Shown here one piece after another: positions 15,222 to 23,071 of a stretch of DNA of 32,000 bases. Origin of the DNA: Planctomycetota bacterium (GTDB lineage: Bacteria; Planctomycetota; Brocadiia; Brocadiales; Bathyanammoxibiaceae); the NCBI GenBank assembly GCA_016209685.1, contig JACQVQ010000012.1:79584-111583 (forward strand), written 5' to 3'. Made by a program: the position numbers and the translations under genes. A model generated the notes under the pieces. It saw nothing but the letters and a program-made list of their open reading frames with translations. It had not been told where the DNA came from and made no database searches. The first letter of the stretch is position 1; each line of letters opens with the position of its first letter.

Positions 15222-16457
15222 CTAAATAACACTTCCTCTTTCTACGGGCAGGTGTACCCTACCAAAGACAACACTGGCATTATTGCCGCCGAAGGCAAAG
15301 GAGTTATTCAAGGCATAATTTGTCTTACACTCCCTGGCCTGGTTAGGGACGCAGTTAAGGTTACATTCGGGGTCTTCGGTCTCATAATTAATCGTGGGGG
15401 GGATAGCCCCTTCTTTTATGGCCATACAGCAGACTATGGATTCAATGGCGCTGGCCGCCCCCATGGTATGCCCTATCATGGATTTTACGGAACTACAAGG
15501 TATATCCTGTGCCATCTCCCTGAAGACAGTTTGAAGGGCCAGGGTCTCCATCTTGTCATTGAGGGGCGTACCGGTGCCGTGGGCGCTTATGTAGTCAATG
15601 TCTTTGTAGGAAAGTCCGGCTGAGGCAAGGGCCACCTCCATAGCCCTCATCGGTCCCTCTCCACTGGGGTGAGGGGCTGTCATGTGGTAGCCGTCACTGC
15701 TGAGGCCGTATCCCCTCACTTCTGCGTATATCTTGGCATCTCTCCTGTGAGCCAGCTCCATAGATTCCAGTATGAGGACCCCTGCCCCTGCCCCCACCAC
15801 CAATCCCTGGCGGTTCTTATCAAAGGGCTGGCATTTCTCGGGGGCCAGGGACTTCAGGTTGTGGAAGTGAGTAAATTCCGTCTGTGGCACTACGTCACTC
15901 CCTCCCACTATCATGGCGTCTACCTTGCCCTCCCGTATGGCATCAAAGGCCCAGCTGATTGCGTGGTTACCTGAACTGCAGGCATTGATGAGGATAATGT
16001 TGGGCCCTTCCATGTGGAACTCTTCTGCCAGTTGGGTGGAGAGAGTCATGGGTGGATAGCTCAGGGCCACCTCTATATCAAATCCGTCTGCCTTGTTCAG
16101 GTGGTGGTTCCTCAGCCTCTGTTCAAACAGGGAGAGTTCGCCGGCAAGGGTACCTATTGAGACACCAACCCTGTCCCGTCTCAAGGGTTCATAGCCGTCC
16201 AGACCACTGTCTTCCAGGGCCTCTCTGGCCGATGCCAGTAGACAATCATACACGGTGAAAGGCTTTTTCGTGATTATGTGGCCGTTGAAGTTCAATTTCT
16301 TCACCTCGCAGGCCCGGTGGACCTTGTACCTGGAGGTATCAAAGGAGGTTATCTCTGAGATGCCGTCTTTACCAGCTAACATTGCCTCCCAGGATTCTTT
16401 TACGTTGGCACCGAGGGCTGTTACTAGACCTATACCTGTTACTACTACTCTCCGCAT
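15222..16457 (-). CDS. Beta-ketoacyl-ACP synthase, FabF/KS-alpha-like, catalytically intact
   Basis: INACSSGNHAI (active Cys), SAHGTGTPLND and GHTMGAASA (both His) are present. 411 aa. Confidence 0.9.
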   Translation of the reverse strand: MRRVVVTGIGLVTALGANVKESWEAMLAGKDGISEITSFDTSRYKVHRACEVKKLNFNGHIITKKPFTVYDCLLASAREALEDSGLDGYEPLRRDRVGVSIGTLAGELSLFEQRLRNHHLNKADGFDIEVALSYPPMTLSTQLAEEFHMEGPNIILINACSSGNHAISWAFDAIREGKVDAMIVGGSDVVPQTEFTHFHNLKSLAPEKCQPFDKNRQGLVVGAGAGVLILESMELAHRRDAKIYAEVRGYGLSSDGYHMTAPHPSGEGPMRAMEVALASAGLSYKDIDYISAHGTGTPLNDKMETLALQTVFREMAQDIPCSSVKSMIGHTMGAASAIESIVCCMAIKEGAIPPTINYETEDPECNLNCVPNQARECKTNYALNNSFAFGGNNASVVFGRVHLPVERGSVI

Positions 16458-16468
16458 ACTAACCCCTT

Positions 16469-17944
16469 TTATGTCTTTGTAGCCATTAGGTTGGTGGGCT
16501 CATCGTATCTCTGTTTTTTGCCGATACGCTCAAGGGCAGCCTCATACACCCCAGAGGCCTGAAGGGTCTTCAGATTTTCCAACAAATGTTTGAATACGTT
16601 CCGCCAGTCCCAATTTACCTTCAAGGCGAAGAGGGCAGAATTGTTGTTCTGGAGGACGTCTCTTGAGTTCTGGAAGCGTTTCCTTATGACCTCAGTAGAG
16701 TAGAGCTTGTTATAAAGTTTTTGCATCCCGTCAACGAGTTCCGGGAGGGAGAGTTTCTTCAGGATATACACAAGGTGGTGGGAGGTGTAGTAAATCCAGT
16801 CCTCGGGGAAGTGATTGCGGAACAGCCTGTTGTCTGACTCCAGCCGCTTGTACAGCGGGGTATTGATGAAGGGGCAGAGGATACCACAGGTCATAATATC
16901 TATCTGGGAGTTCAGGATGAAGTCTGCTACCTCGTCAAAGGTCTCCGTGGTGTCGGTATCGTTGCCGAAGATGAAGGTACCCCAGACGGCTATGCCGTGT
17001 TTGCGGATGTTCTTGACTGCCTCGTAGTACCTTTCAATGGTAATCCGCAAGTTCACGTTTTTGTTCATGGAGTAGAGGGCATCCTTGTTGAGGGATTCTA
17101 TGCCGATGAGTACCCCCACACAACCGCTCCTGACCATGTAGTCCAGGGTCTCGTCGTCCTTGTAGATGTTAAGGGAGGTGAAGCCGAACCAGTTCTGATA
17201 TATCCCCCTTTCCACCATGCCCTTAAAGAGGTCTCTTACCCTATCATTTGATTTTTTGCTGTGGCCATAGAAGTTTTCGTCCGTAAGGACAAGTCCCCTG
17301 TACTGCCCCTTTATGGCCGCAAACTCGTTCAAGACGTCCCCAATGGGTCTCTCTCTATATTTCTGCCCCTGAAACTGGGGTACGGAACAGAATTCGCAAC
17401 TGAATGGACATCCCGCCGTAGTGATGATACCAGAATAGCGGTACTTGTATTTTGCCTTCAGGAAATCCCTGGCAGGGTAAAGACCGTTAAGGTTCTCCAG
17501 GGGCGTCAGCCCCCCGTCGTAACGCTTCTGGAGTTGCCCGCACTCAAAGTCAGCCAGTAACCTTCCCCATATTGAGATAGCCTCTTTTGTAACTACGCAG
17601 TCTACGTGTTGGGCAACTTCGTGGGGATATATGGTGGCATGGACCCCACCCATTACTACAGGAATGCCCCTTTTCTTACAGGCATGGGCAATGGCATAGG
17701 CCCGTGGTGCCTGATAGCTTACAGACGTTATCCCAACCAGGTCTGCCCCCTGGAAAGCCAACTGGTTATTTGCATCTAATGCAAGCTCCGTGGTCTCATC
17801 TATAACGTCCACCTCCCAGTGTTCGGGCATAAGGGTTATCAGGTAACCCAGATTTACAGGCATCTGATTGAGCACCGACACATTCTCTTCCCCCACGTTT
17901 CCTATGGGGTGAGGGTTTATGAGTACGAGCTTTCTCTTCTTCAT
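16469..17944 (-). CDS. Class B (B12-binding domain) radical SAM enzyme
   Basis: N-terminal Rossmann-like B12-binding region (LVLINP...DLVGITS...VVMGGVH). CPFSCEFC is the Cx3Cx2C motif. 491 aa. Confidence 0.85.
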   Translation of the reverse strand: MKKRKLVLINPHPIGNVGEENVSVLNQMPVNLGYLITLMPEHWEVDVIDETTELALDANNQLAFQGADLVGITSVSYQAPRAYAIAHACKKRGIPVVMGGVHATIYPHEVAQHVDCVVTKEAISIWGRLLADFECGQLQKRYDGGLTPLENLNGLYPARDFLKAKYKYRYSGIITTAGCPFSCEFCSVPQFQGQKYRERPIGDVLNEFAAIKGQYRGLVLTDENFYGHSKKSNDRVRDLFKGMVERGIYQNWFGFTSLNIYKDDETLDYMVRSGCVGVLIGIESLNKDALYSMNKNVNLRITIERYYEAVKNIRKHGIAVWGTFIFGNDTDTTETFDEVADFILNSQIDIMTCGILCPFINTPLYKRLESDNRLFRNHFPEDWIYYTSHHLVYILKKLSLPELVDGMQKLYNKLYSTEVIRKRFQNSRDVLQNNNSALFALKVNWDWRNVFKHLLENLKTLQASGVYEAALERIGKKQRYDEPTNLMATKT

Positions 17945-17956
17945 CTTCTCTCTCTT

Positions 17957-18343
17957 TTAAGGGATTTTTGGAACTCGGGATTCGGAATTGGGCATGAGGA
18001 GCACCTGGGCAATGGCATAGTCCTTTGTATGAGTTAGGGAGACTTCACAGTTACCAATCCCCTTCGCATCCGCACGCTCCTTTGCCCTTCCGTAGAGCTG
18101 CAGGTAAGGGCGGCCAGTGGGGTCGTTAAGCAGTTCTATATCCTTCCAACCTGCCCCCCCTCCTAAAGCCTTAATAACTGCCTCTTTTGTGGCAAATCTT
18201 GCGGCTAGGTGCTGGAACCTGTTCTTCCTGTTCCGACAATACTCTACTTCTTTAGGGGTATAAATACGGTTCAGAAAAGATTCATTGCGGGAGAAGAGGT
18301 CTTCTATCCTCTTCACCTCCACCAAATCTATTCCTATGTACAC
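17957..18343 (-). CDS. acpS: Holo-ACP synthase (4'-phosphopantetheinyl transferase)
   Basis: MYIGIDLVEVKRIE...FATKEAVIKALG...SLTHTKDYAIAQVLL. GTG start. The last 12 or so codons (MPNSESRVPKIP) are encoded by GGAAYYC heptamer words. Confidence 0.85.
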   Translation of the reverse strand: MYIGIDLVEVKRIEDLFSRNESFLNRIYTPKEVEYCRNRKNRFQHLAARFATKEAVIKALGGGAGWKDIELLNDPTGRPYLQLYGRAKERADAKGIGNCEVSLTHTKDYAIAQVLLMPNSESRVPKIP

Positions 18344-18429
18344 CCCTCTAAAATCCTCTCCTTATGCTTTGAAAAAAATTCTACTCAGTGTGCCAGAGAT
18401 TGTCAACCACAATTTCCTGGGGGCTTCTG

Positions 18430-18457
18430 TTGACTATATCAGTAGATAAAATATAAT
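18430..18457 (+). promoter_or_regulatory. Sigma70-type promoter reading into array D and the MATE gene
   Basis: TTGACT (18430-18435), 16-nt spacer, TATAAT (18452-18457). Confidence 0.5.
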
Positions 18458-18466
18458 GCCCCAATT

Positions 18467-18613
18467 GAATGCGGAATTGGGAGTGCGGAATGCGGAACAT
18501 TCTAAATGTAGAGTGCGGATTTCGGAATGCGGAATTAAAACAACTCCGCACTCAGCACTCCGCATTCCGCACTCCGCATTCTGTACACTCAGCACTCCGC
18601 ATTCCGCATTGAC
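18467..18613. repeat. Phased heptamer twin-arm array D (21 x 7 nt)
   Basis: Ten G-rich words (GAATGCG GAATTGG GAGTGCG GAATGCG ...CGGAATG CGGAATT), centre AAAACAA, ten complementary words (CTCCGCA CTCAGCA CTCCGCA TTCCGCA ... CATTCCG CATTGAC). It ends 1 nt before the MATE ATG. Confidence 0.9.
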
Positions 18614-18614
18614 A

Positions 18615-19964
18615 ATGCTCCCACTGGAACTCACGGAAAAAAACCTTAACAGGAACATCGCCCGCCTTGCCATCCCTGCCGCCGCAGAAAATGTCCTCCA
18701 CATGTTGGTCTTCATCGTGGACATTATTATGGTGGGCAGGCTGGGGACAGAGGCAATAGCCTCTGTGGGGCTTGCTGGTGCCCTGAATTTTGTCCTTACC
18801 ATAGTCTTCTCCTCCCTATCAGCCGGGACCTTGAGCCTGGTAGCCCGACATACCGGGGCAAGAGAAAGGTCTATGGCAGAGAGGGTTGCCGCCCAGTCCC
18901 TCCTCCTTTCTATAGTAGTAGGGGTCACGGTAGCCCCGGCCCTATTTCACTACTCCGACGGCATCTTTCACCTCATGGGTGCAGAGCCTGAGGTGCTGAG
19001 GCTGAGTACCCTCTATTTCACCATAGTGATATGCTTCCTGCCCTGCAGGTTGATAATCCTCACCAGCAGTGCATCCCTCAGGGGTGCAGGGGACACACGT
19101 ACCCCCATGCTTATAACCCTGGTCATGAACCTCACCAACGTATTCTTTAACTGGTTGCTAATATTTGGTATATGGATATTTCCCAGGATGGGGGTGGCGG
19201 GGGCGGCCTGGGGTACCGTCATTGCCTATATGGTAGGCGCCACCCTGAGTCTGGCCATCCTTTTTAGGGGAAAGGCCCTGGTGACGTTACACCTGAGGGA
19301 TATGATGGGTTTTGACACGGGAGTAATAAAGAGGGTACTCTGGATATCCCTCCCTGCCACCCTGGATGCCTTGCTCATGCAAATGGGCTATCTGGTGTTT
19401 ATCAAGATAGTTACCATGCTTGGGACAGCGTCTCTGGCCGCCCACCAGATTGCCGTAAGGATAGAATCCATCTCCTTCATGCCCGGCTATGCCCTTGGGA
19501 TGTCCACCGCCACCCTGGTAGGGCAGAGCTTGGGGGCAAAAAAGGAAGACCTGGCCCGTTTGAGCATGAAGAGGAACTGTCTCTTTGCCCTCCTCCTTAT
19601 GTGTACCTTCGGGGTAATCTTCCTGATTATGCCTAGACAATTGGGCATGATATTTGGCCCGGAAGAGGAGGTGCTCCGCCTATCCAGCCTCTGTGTGATG
19701 ATATCTGCCATAGAGCAACCTGCCCTGGCCATCTACATGGTCTATGCAGGGGGTCTACGGGGGGCAGGGGATACCATGAGCCCAATGCTAATCACCATAG
19801 TGGGGACGTTATTCTTTCACCTCCCCATGGCCTATATATTTGGTATAGTCATGGGCTGGGGACTGGCGGGGATATGGTTTGGGGCCGCCCTGGACTGGAT
19901 AGGCCGTGCTATCGCCGTGTACATACTCTTCCGCCGGGGGAGGTGGCGGAGGCTAAAAATGTAG
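18615..19964 (+). CDS. MATE-family efflux transporter
   Basis: Starts at the internal ATG 18615 (MLPLELTEKNLNRNIARLAIPAAAENVLHMLVFIVDIIMVGRLG, a typical MATE N-terminus), with 12 predicted TM segments. The ORF-track start at 18456 translates array D. Confidence 0.85.
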   Translation: MLPLELTEKNLNRNIARLAIPAAAENVLHMLVFIVDIIMVGRLGTEAIASVGLAGALNFVLTIVFSSLSAGTLSLVARHTGARERSMAERVAAQSLLLSIVVGVTVAPALFHYSDGIFHLMGAEPEVLRLSTLYFTIVICFLPCRLIILTSSASLRGAGDTRTPMLITLVMNLTNVFFNWLLIFGIWIFPRMGVAGAAWGTVIAYMVGATLSLAILFRGKALVTLHLRDMMGFDTGVIKRVLWISLPATLDALLMQMGYLVFIKIVTMLGTASLAAHQIAVRIESISFMPGYALGMSTATLVGQSLGAKKEDLARLSMKRNCLFALLLMCTFGVIFLIMPRQLGMIFGPEEEVLRLSSLCVMISAIEQPALAIYMVYAGGLRGAGDTMSPMLITIVGTLFFHLPMAYIFGIVMGWGLAGIWFGAALDWIGRAIAVYILFRRGRWRRLKM

Positions 19965-19981
19965 GGGCGGGCCACCCCTAC
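19961..19981. repeat. REP-like palindrome containing the MATE TAG stop
   Basis: gtaggggcgggccacccctac. The TAG at 19962-19964 is the stop codon of the MATE gene. Confidence 0.65.
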
Positions 19982-19982
19982 T

Positions 19983-20024
19983 GATGCGGATTGTGGCATT
20001 CCGCAGTCTGCATTCCGAATTCAG
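19983..20024. repeat. Heptamer array E (6 x 7 nt)
   Basis: GATGCGG ATTGTGG CATTCCG CAGTCTG CATTCCG AATTCAG. Confidence 0.8.
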
Positions 20025-20053
20025 TTGACAGTCCCAAGCCTCTCTGTTAACAT
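20025..20053 (+). promoter_or_regulatory. Putative promoter for the tRNA cassette
   Basis: TTGACA (20025-20030), 17-nt spacer, TAACAT (20048-20053), about 10 nt before the tRNA-like sequence. Confidence 0.4.
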
Positions 20054-20063
20054 ACCATTTTTA

Positions 20064-20130
20064 GGGCGATTAGCTCAGTTGGCTAGAGCGTCCGCCTCAG
20101 GCGGACAAGAGGTCAGGGATTTAGGTTCAG
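20064..20130 (+). pseudogene. tRNA-Val pseudogene: intact 5' acceptor/D arm, anticodon arm replaced by the REP core, T arm decayed
   Basis: 20064-20090 is identical to the first 27 nt of the downstream tRNA. gtccgcctcaggcggac follows (7-bp stem, 3-nt loop, not an anticodon arm). The shared aagaggtcag comes next, then no T stem or acceptor 3' strand. Confidence 0.7.
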
Positions 20131-20152
20131 TTTTAAGACGACCAATTTCTTG

Positions 20153-20229
20153 GGGCGATTAGCTCAGTTGGCTAGAGCGCTTGCTCGACAAGCAAGAGGT
20201 CAGTGGTTCAAGTCCACTATCGCCCACCA
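20153..20229 (+). tRNA. tRNA-Val (anticodon GAC), CCA encoded
   Basis: Hand-folded cloverleaf: GGGCGAT/ATCGCCC acceptor, GCTC-AGTTGGCTA-GAGC D arm, CTTGC-TCGACAA-GCAAG anticodon arm, AGGTC variable, AGTGG-TTCAAGT-CCACT T arm, then A-CCA. 77 nt. Confidence 0.9.
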
Positions 20230-20230
20230 T

Positions 20231-20270
20231 GTTCCGAATGTGGAATTCGGAATGCGGAATTTGGAATGTT
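20231..20270. repeat. Heptamer array F (single arm), ending at the thrS ATG
   Basis: ..GAATGTG GAATTCG GAATGCG GAATTTG GAATGTT|ATG. 20236-20260 is identical to 10998-11022. Confidence 0.85.
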
Positions 20271-22193
20271 ATGGTTAAGATTAGGTTACCTGACGGCGTA
20301 GAAAAGACTTATAGGGAAAATACTACTGTAGGGCAGATTGCCAGAGACCTTGGAGAGTCCTGCTATAGTAAGGCGGTTGCAGGAAAGACTAACGGCACCC
20401 TGGTAGACCTCAGTTTTCCCCTCACAAAGGATACCACCCTATCTGTCATCACTGAGGATACCCCCGAGGGATTAGACATCCTCCGCCACAGTACAGCCCA
20501 TATAATGGCACAGGCAGTGCAGAGACTCTTTCCTGAGGCAGAGTTGGGGATAGGGCCTACTATAGAGAATGGCTTTTATTATGACTTCCGCCTGGAGAGG
20601 CCATTAACCCAGGAAGACTTGGAAAAGATAGAGGCCGAGATGGGGAAAATTATAAAGGAAGACCTGGCCTTCCAGAGACAGCTCTTTCCTCGCCGGGAGG
20701 CCATAACCAGGATGGAAGAGATACGACAACCGTTCAAGGTAGAACTCCTCAAAGATATAGAGGAAGAGACGGTCAGCCTCTACACCCAGGGGGAATTCCT
20801 TGACCTCTGTCGTGGACCGCACCTCTTCACCACAGGTCGGGCAGGGGCCTTCAAGCTCCTCAACGTGGCCGGGGCATACTGGCGGGGCAAGGAAACTAAC
20901 CCCATGCTCCAGCGCATCTACGGCACCGCCTTTTTTAGTAAGGAGGAGTTGGATAGATACCTGCACCTCCTGGAAGAGGCAAAGAAGCGGGACCACAGGA
21001 AGCTGGGAAGGGAGCTGGATCTGTACAGCTTCAGAGAGGAGTGTGGTCCCGGCCTAGTCCTCTGGCACCCAAAAGGGGCCCGTATCAGGAACGTCATAGA
21101 AAGGTTCTGGTCCGAAGAGCACTACAAAAGGGGTTACGAGATTGTCTATAGCCCCCATATAGCCAGGGCCAGTCTCTGGCATACCAGTGGACACTGGGAC
21201 TTCTACCGCCAGAGCATGTTTGCACCCTTTGAGCTAGAGACAAGCCAATACTTAGTGAAGCCCATGAACTGCCCCTTTGCCGTACTCATCTTCAAGTCAG
21301 ACATGAGGAGCTACCGAGACCTCCCCATCCGGTTTGCCGAGCTAGGGACGGTATATCGCTACGAACGCTCGGGGGTACTCCACGGTCTCCTCAGGGTAAG
21401 GGGGTTCACCCAGGATGATGCCCATATCTTCTGTACACCCGAACAGTTAGAAGGAGAGATACTAGGGGTCATAAACCTGGCCCAGTACATGCTCTCCTCC
21501 TTCGGGTTCAAGGAATACGAAATAGAGCTGGCCGTCAGGGGGAAGGGGGAAAAGGACAAATATATCGGGAGTGATGGGAATTGGGAGTTGGCCGAGACGG
21601 CCCTTAGGCGGGCACTTGAGTCCAAGGACCTCCCCTTCGTAGTAGGTGAAGGAGAGGCCAAGTTTTACGGGCCCTCCATAGACATAAGGATAAAAGACGC
21701 CCTGGGTAGGGGTTGGCAGGGGCCCACTATACAGGTAGATTTCAACCTCCCAGAGAGGTTTGACGTCAACTACATAGGCCCGGACGGTAAAGAGCACAAG
21801 GTAGTAATGATTCACCGCACGGTGCTGGGTGCCCTGGAGCGATTCCTGGGATGTCTAATAGAGCATTACAGCGGGGCATTCCCCCTGTGGATAGCCCCGG
21901 TACAGATAAAGATACTCACCATAAAGGATACCCACGCCGATTACGCCCACAGTCTGAAGACCCGATTGGAAGAAAAGGGTATCAGGGTCCAGTGTGACCT
22001 CAGAAATGCAACCGTCGGTTACAAAATCAGGGAGGGGAGGACAGAGAAAGTGCCCTACCTCCTGATTATCGGTGACAAAGAGGTAGAAGAAGGTACAGTC
22101 TCCCTCAGGAGCCGGGAGAAAGGAGACGAAGGTCGTCTCCCCCCAGACGCCCTTCTGGCACGTCTGGAAAGGGAAGTCAGGGAAAGACTCTAA
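20271..22193 (+). CDS. thrS: Threonyl-tRNA synthetase
   Basis: MVKIRLPDG (TGS domain), HSTAHIMAQA editing-domain motif, HRKLGRELDL, class II core, C-terminal anticodon-binding domain. The ORF-track start at 20181 lies inside the tRNA gene. Confidence 0.95.
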   Translation: MVKIRLPDGVEKTYRENTTVGQIARDLGESCYSKAVAGKTNGTLVDLSFPLTKDTTLSVITEDTPEGLDILRHSTAHIMAQAVQRLFPEAELGIGPTIENGFYYDFRLERPLTQEDLEKIEAEMGKIIKEDLAFQRQLFPRREAITRMEEIRQPFKVELLKDIEEETVSLYTQGEFLDLCRGPHLFTTGRAGAFKLLNVAGAYWRGKETNPMLQRIYGTAFFSKEELDRYLHLLEEAKKRDHRKLGRELDLYSFREECGPGLVLWHPKGARIRNVIERFWSEEHYKRGYEIVYSPHIARASLWHTSGHWDFYRQSMFAPFELETSQYLVKPMNCPFAVLIFKSDMRSYRDLPIRFAELGTVYRYERSGVLHGLLRVRGFTQDDAHIFCTPEQLEGEILGVINLAQYMLSSFGFKEYEIELAVRGKGEKDKYIGSDGNWELAETALRRALESKDLPFVVGEGEAKFYGPSIDIRIKDALGRGWQGPTIQVDFNLPERFDVNYIGPDGKEHKVVMIHRTVLGALERFLGCLIEHYSGAFPLWIAPVQIKILTIKDTHADYAHSLKTRLEEKGIRVQCDLRNATVGYKIREGRTEKVPYLLIIGDKEVEEGTVSLRSREKGDEGRLPPDALLARLEREVRERL

Positions 22194-22219
22194 GACCATT
22201 TTAAGAAAGGAGGTTGTTT

Positions 22220-22717
22220 ATTTCTCAGGAATATAGGATAAACGAAAGGATCTTTGCAAAGCAACTAAGGGTTATAGATGATGAGGGTGCACAACTAGGG
22301 ATCCTCACAAAGGAGGAGGCGTTACAGAAGGCAAGGCAATTAGAACTGGACTTAGTAGAGGTGGCGCCTCAGGCAGACCCACCAGTCTGCCGACTCATGA
22401 ATTTCGGGAAATTCAAGTACCGCCAGAAGAAAAAGACACACAAACACCACGCCAGTCAGCTAAAAGAGTTGCGAGTGAGGCCAAAGATAGACCCCCATGA
22501 CCTCCAGACTAAGACTCAGCAGGCCAGAAAATTCCTGCAAAGGAAAGACAAGGTGCTGGTGAACATGATCTTCAGGGGAAGAGAAAGGGCACATGCAGAG
22601 CTGGGTAAGGAGATGCTCATGAAGGTTGCCCAGGAGCTAGAGGACGTTGCCAAGGTAGAAAAGGGGGTAACACTGGACGGCAGGAAGATGAGTCTGCTTC
22701 TTGCCCCAAAGACATAA
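22220..22717 (+). CDS. infC: Translation initiation factor IF-3, probable ATT start
   Basis: ..YRINERIFAKQLRVIDDEGAQLGI... GGAGG at 22209-22213 sits 6 nt before ATT 22220, whereas the TTG at 22214 has zero spacing. AUU starts are the known autoregulatory feature of infC. Confidence 0.9.
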   Translation: MSQEYRINERIFAKQLRVIDDEGAQLGILTKEEALQKARQLELDLVEVAPQADPPVCRLMNFGKFKYRQKKKTHKHHASQLKELRVRPKIDPHDLQTKTQQARKFLQRKDKVLVNMIFRGRERAHAELGKEMLMKVAQELEDVAKVEKGVTLDGRKMSLLLAPKT

Positions 22718-22719
22718 AC

Positions 22720-22740
22720 CCCGTACCGGATTGGTACGGG
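22720..22740 (+). other. Stem-loop between infC and rpmI
   Basis: cccgtacc-ggatt-ggtacggg, an 8-bp stem. No T-run follows, so it is a possible attenuator or L20-operator-type structure. Function is inferred only. Confidence 0.4.
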
Positions 22741-22755
22741 TAAAGGACACTCATT

Positions 22756-22950
22756 ATGCCAAAGCTAAAAACTCATAAGGGACTTTCCAAGAGGGTAAAG
22801 GTTACCGCTAGCGGTAAGATCATCCACAGCAGGGCCTATAAGGGCCATCTCCTGTCGGGAAAATCGGCTAAACGCCGCCGCCACTTGCGGAGAAAGACCC
22901 TCATCCACGAAACACAGCTCAAATCAATGAGGCCTCTACTGCGCGGGTAA
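22756..22950 (+). CDS. rpmI: 50S ribosomal protein L35
   Basis: MPKLKTHKGLSKRVKVTASGKI..., 64 aa, conserved position between infC and rplT. Confidence 0.95.
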   Translation: MPKLKTHKGLSKRVKVTASGKIIHSRAYKGHLLSGKSAKRRRHLRRKTLIHETQLKSMRPLLRG

Positions 22951-22952
22951 TT

Positions 22953-23050
<98 letters not shown>

Positions 23051-23071
23051 AATTAAGGAGGAGTGTGAACC

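Noticed and set aside
18434-18928. Minus-strand 164-aa ORF, and the 18456 start of the MATE ORF
   Set aside because: Both translate the heptamer array (giving repetitive SAECG/PHSAL peptides). MATE homology begins at the ATG at 18615.
20064-20229. Integrative mobile element at the duplicated tRNA
   Set aside because: The duplicated part is the 5' portion, not the 3' portion, of the tRNA. No integrase, excisionase or phage/ICE genes flank it. The downstream genes are core translation genes.
20181-20270. Extended thrS start at 20181
   Set aside because: It lies inside the tRNA-Val gene and array F. ThrRS homology (TGS domain MVKIRLPDG) starts at ATG 20271.
20231-20270. T-box, riboswitch or known ribosomal-protein leader upstream of thrS, glyA (28558-28691) or rpmI
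   Set aside because: No specifier/T-box consensus or other riboswitch core that I recognise is present. These spacers are occupied by heptamer arrays or REP-like elements instead.
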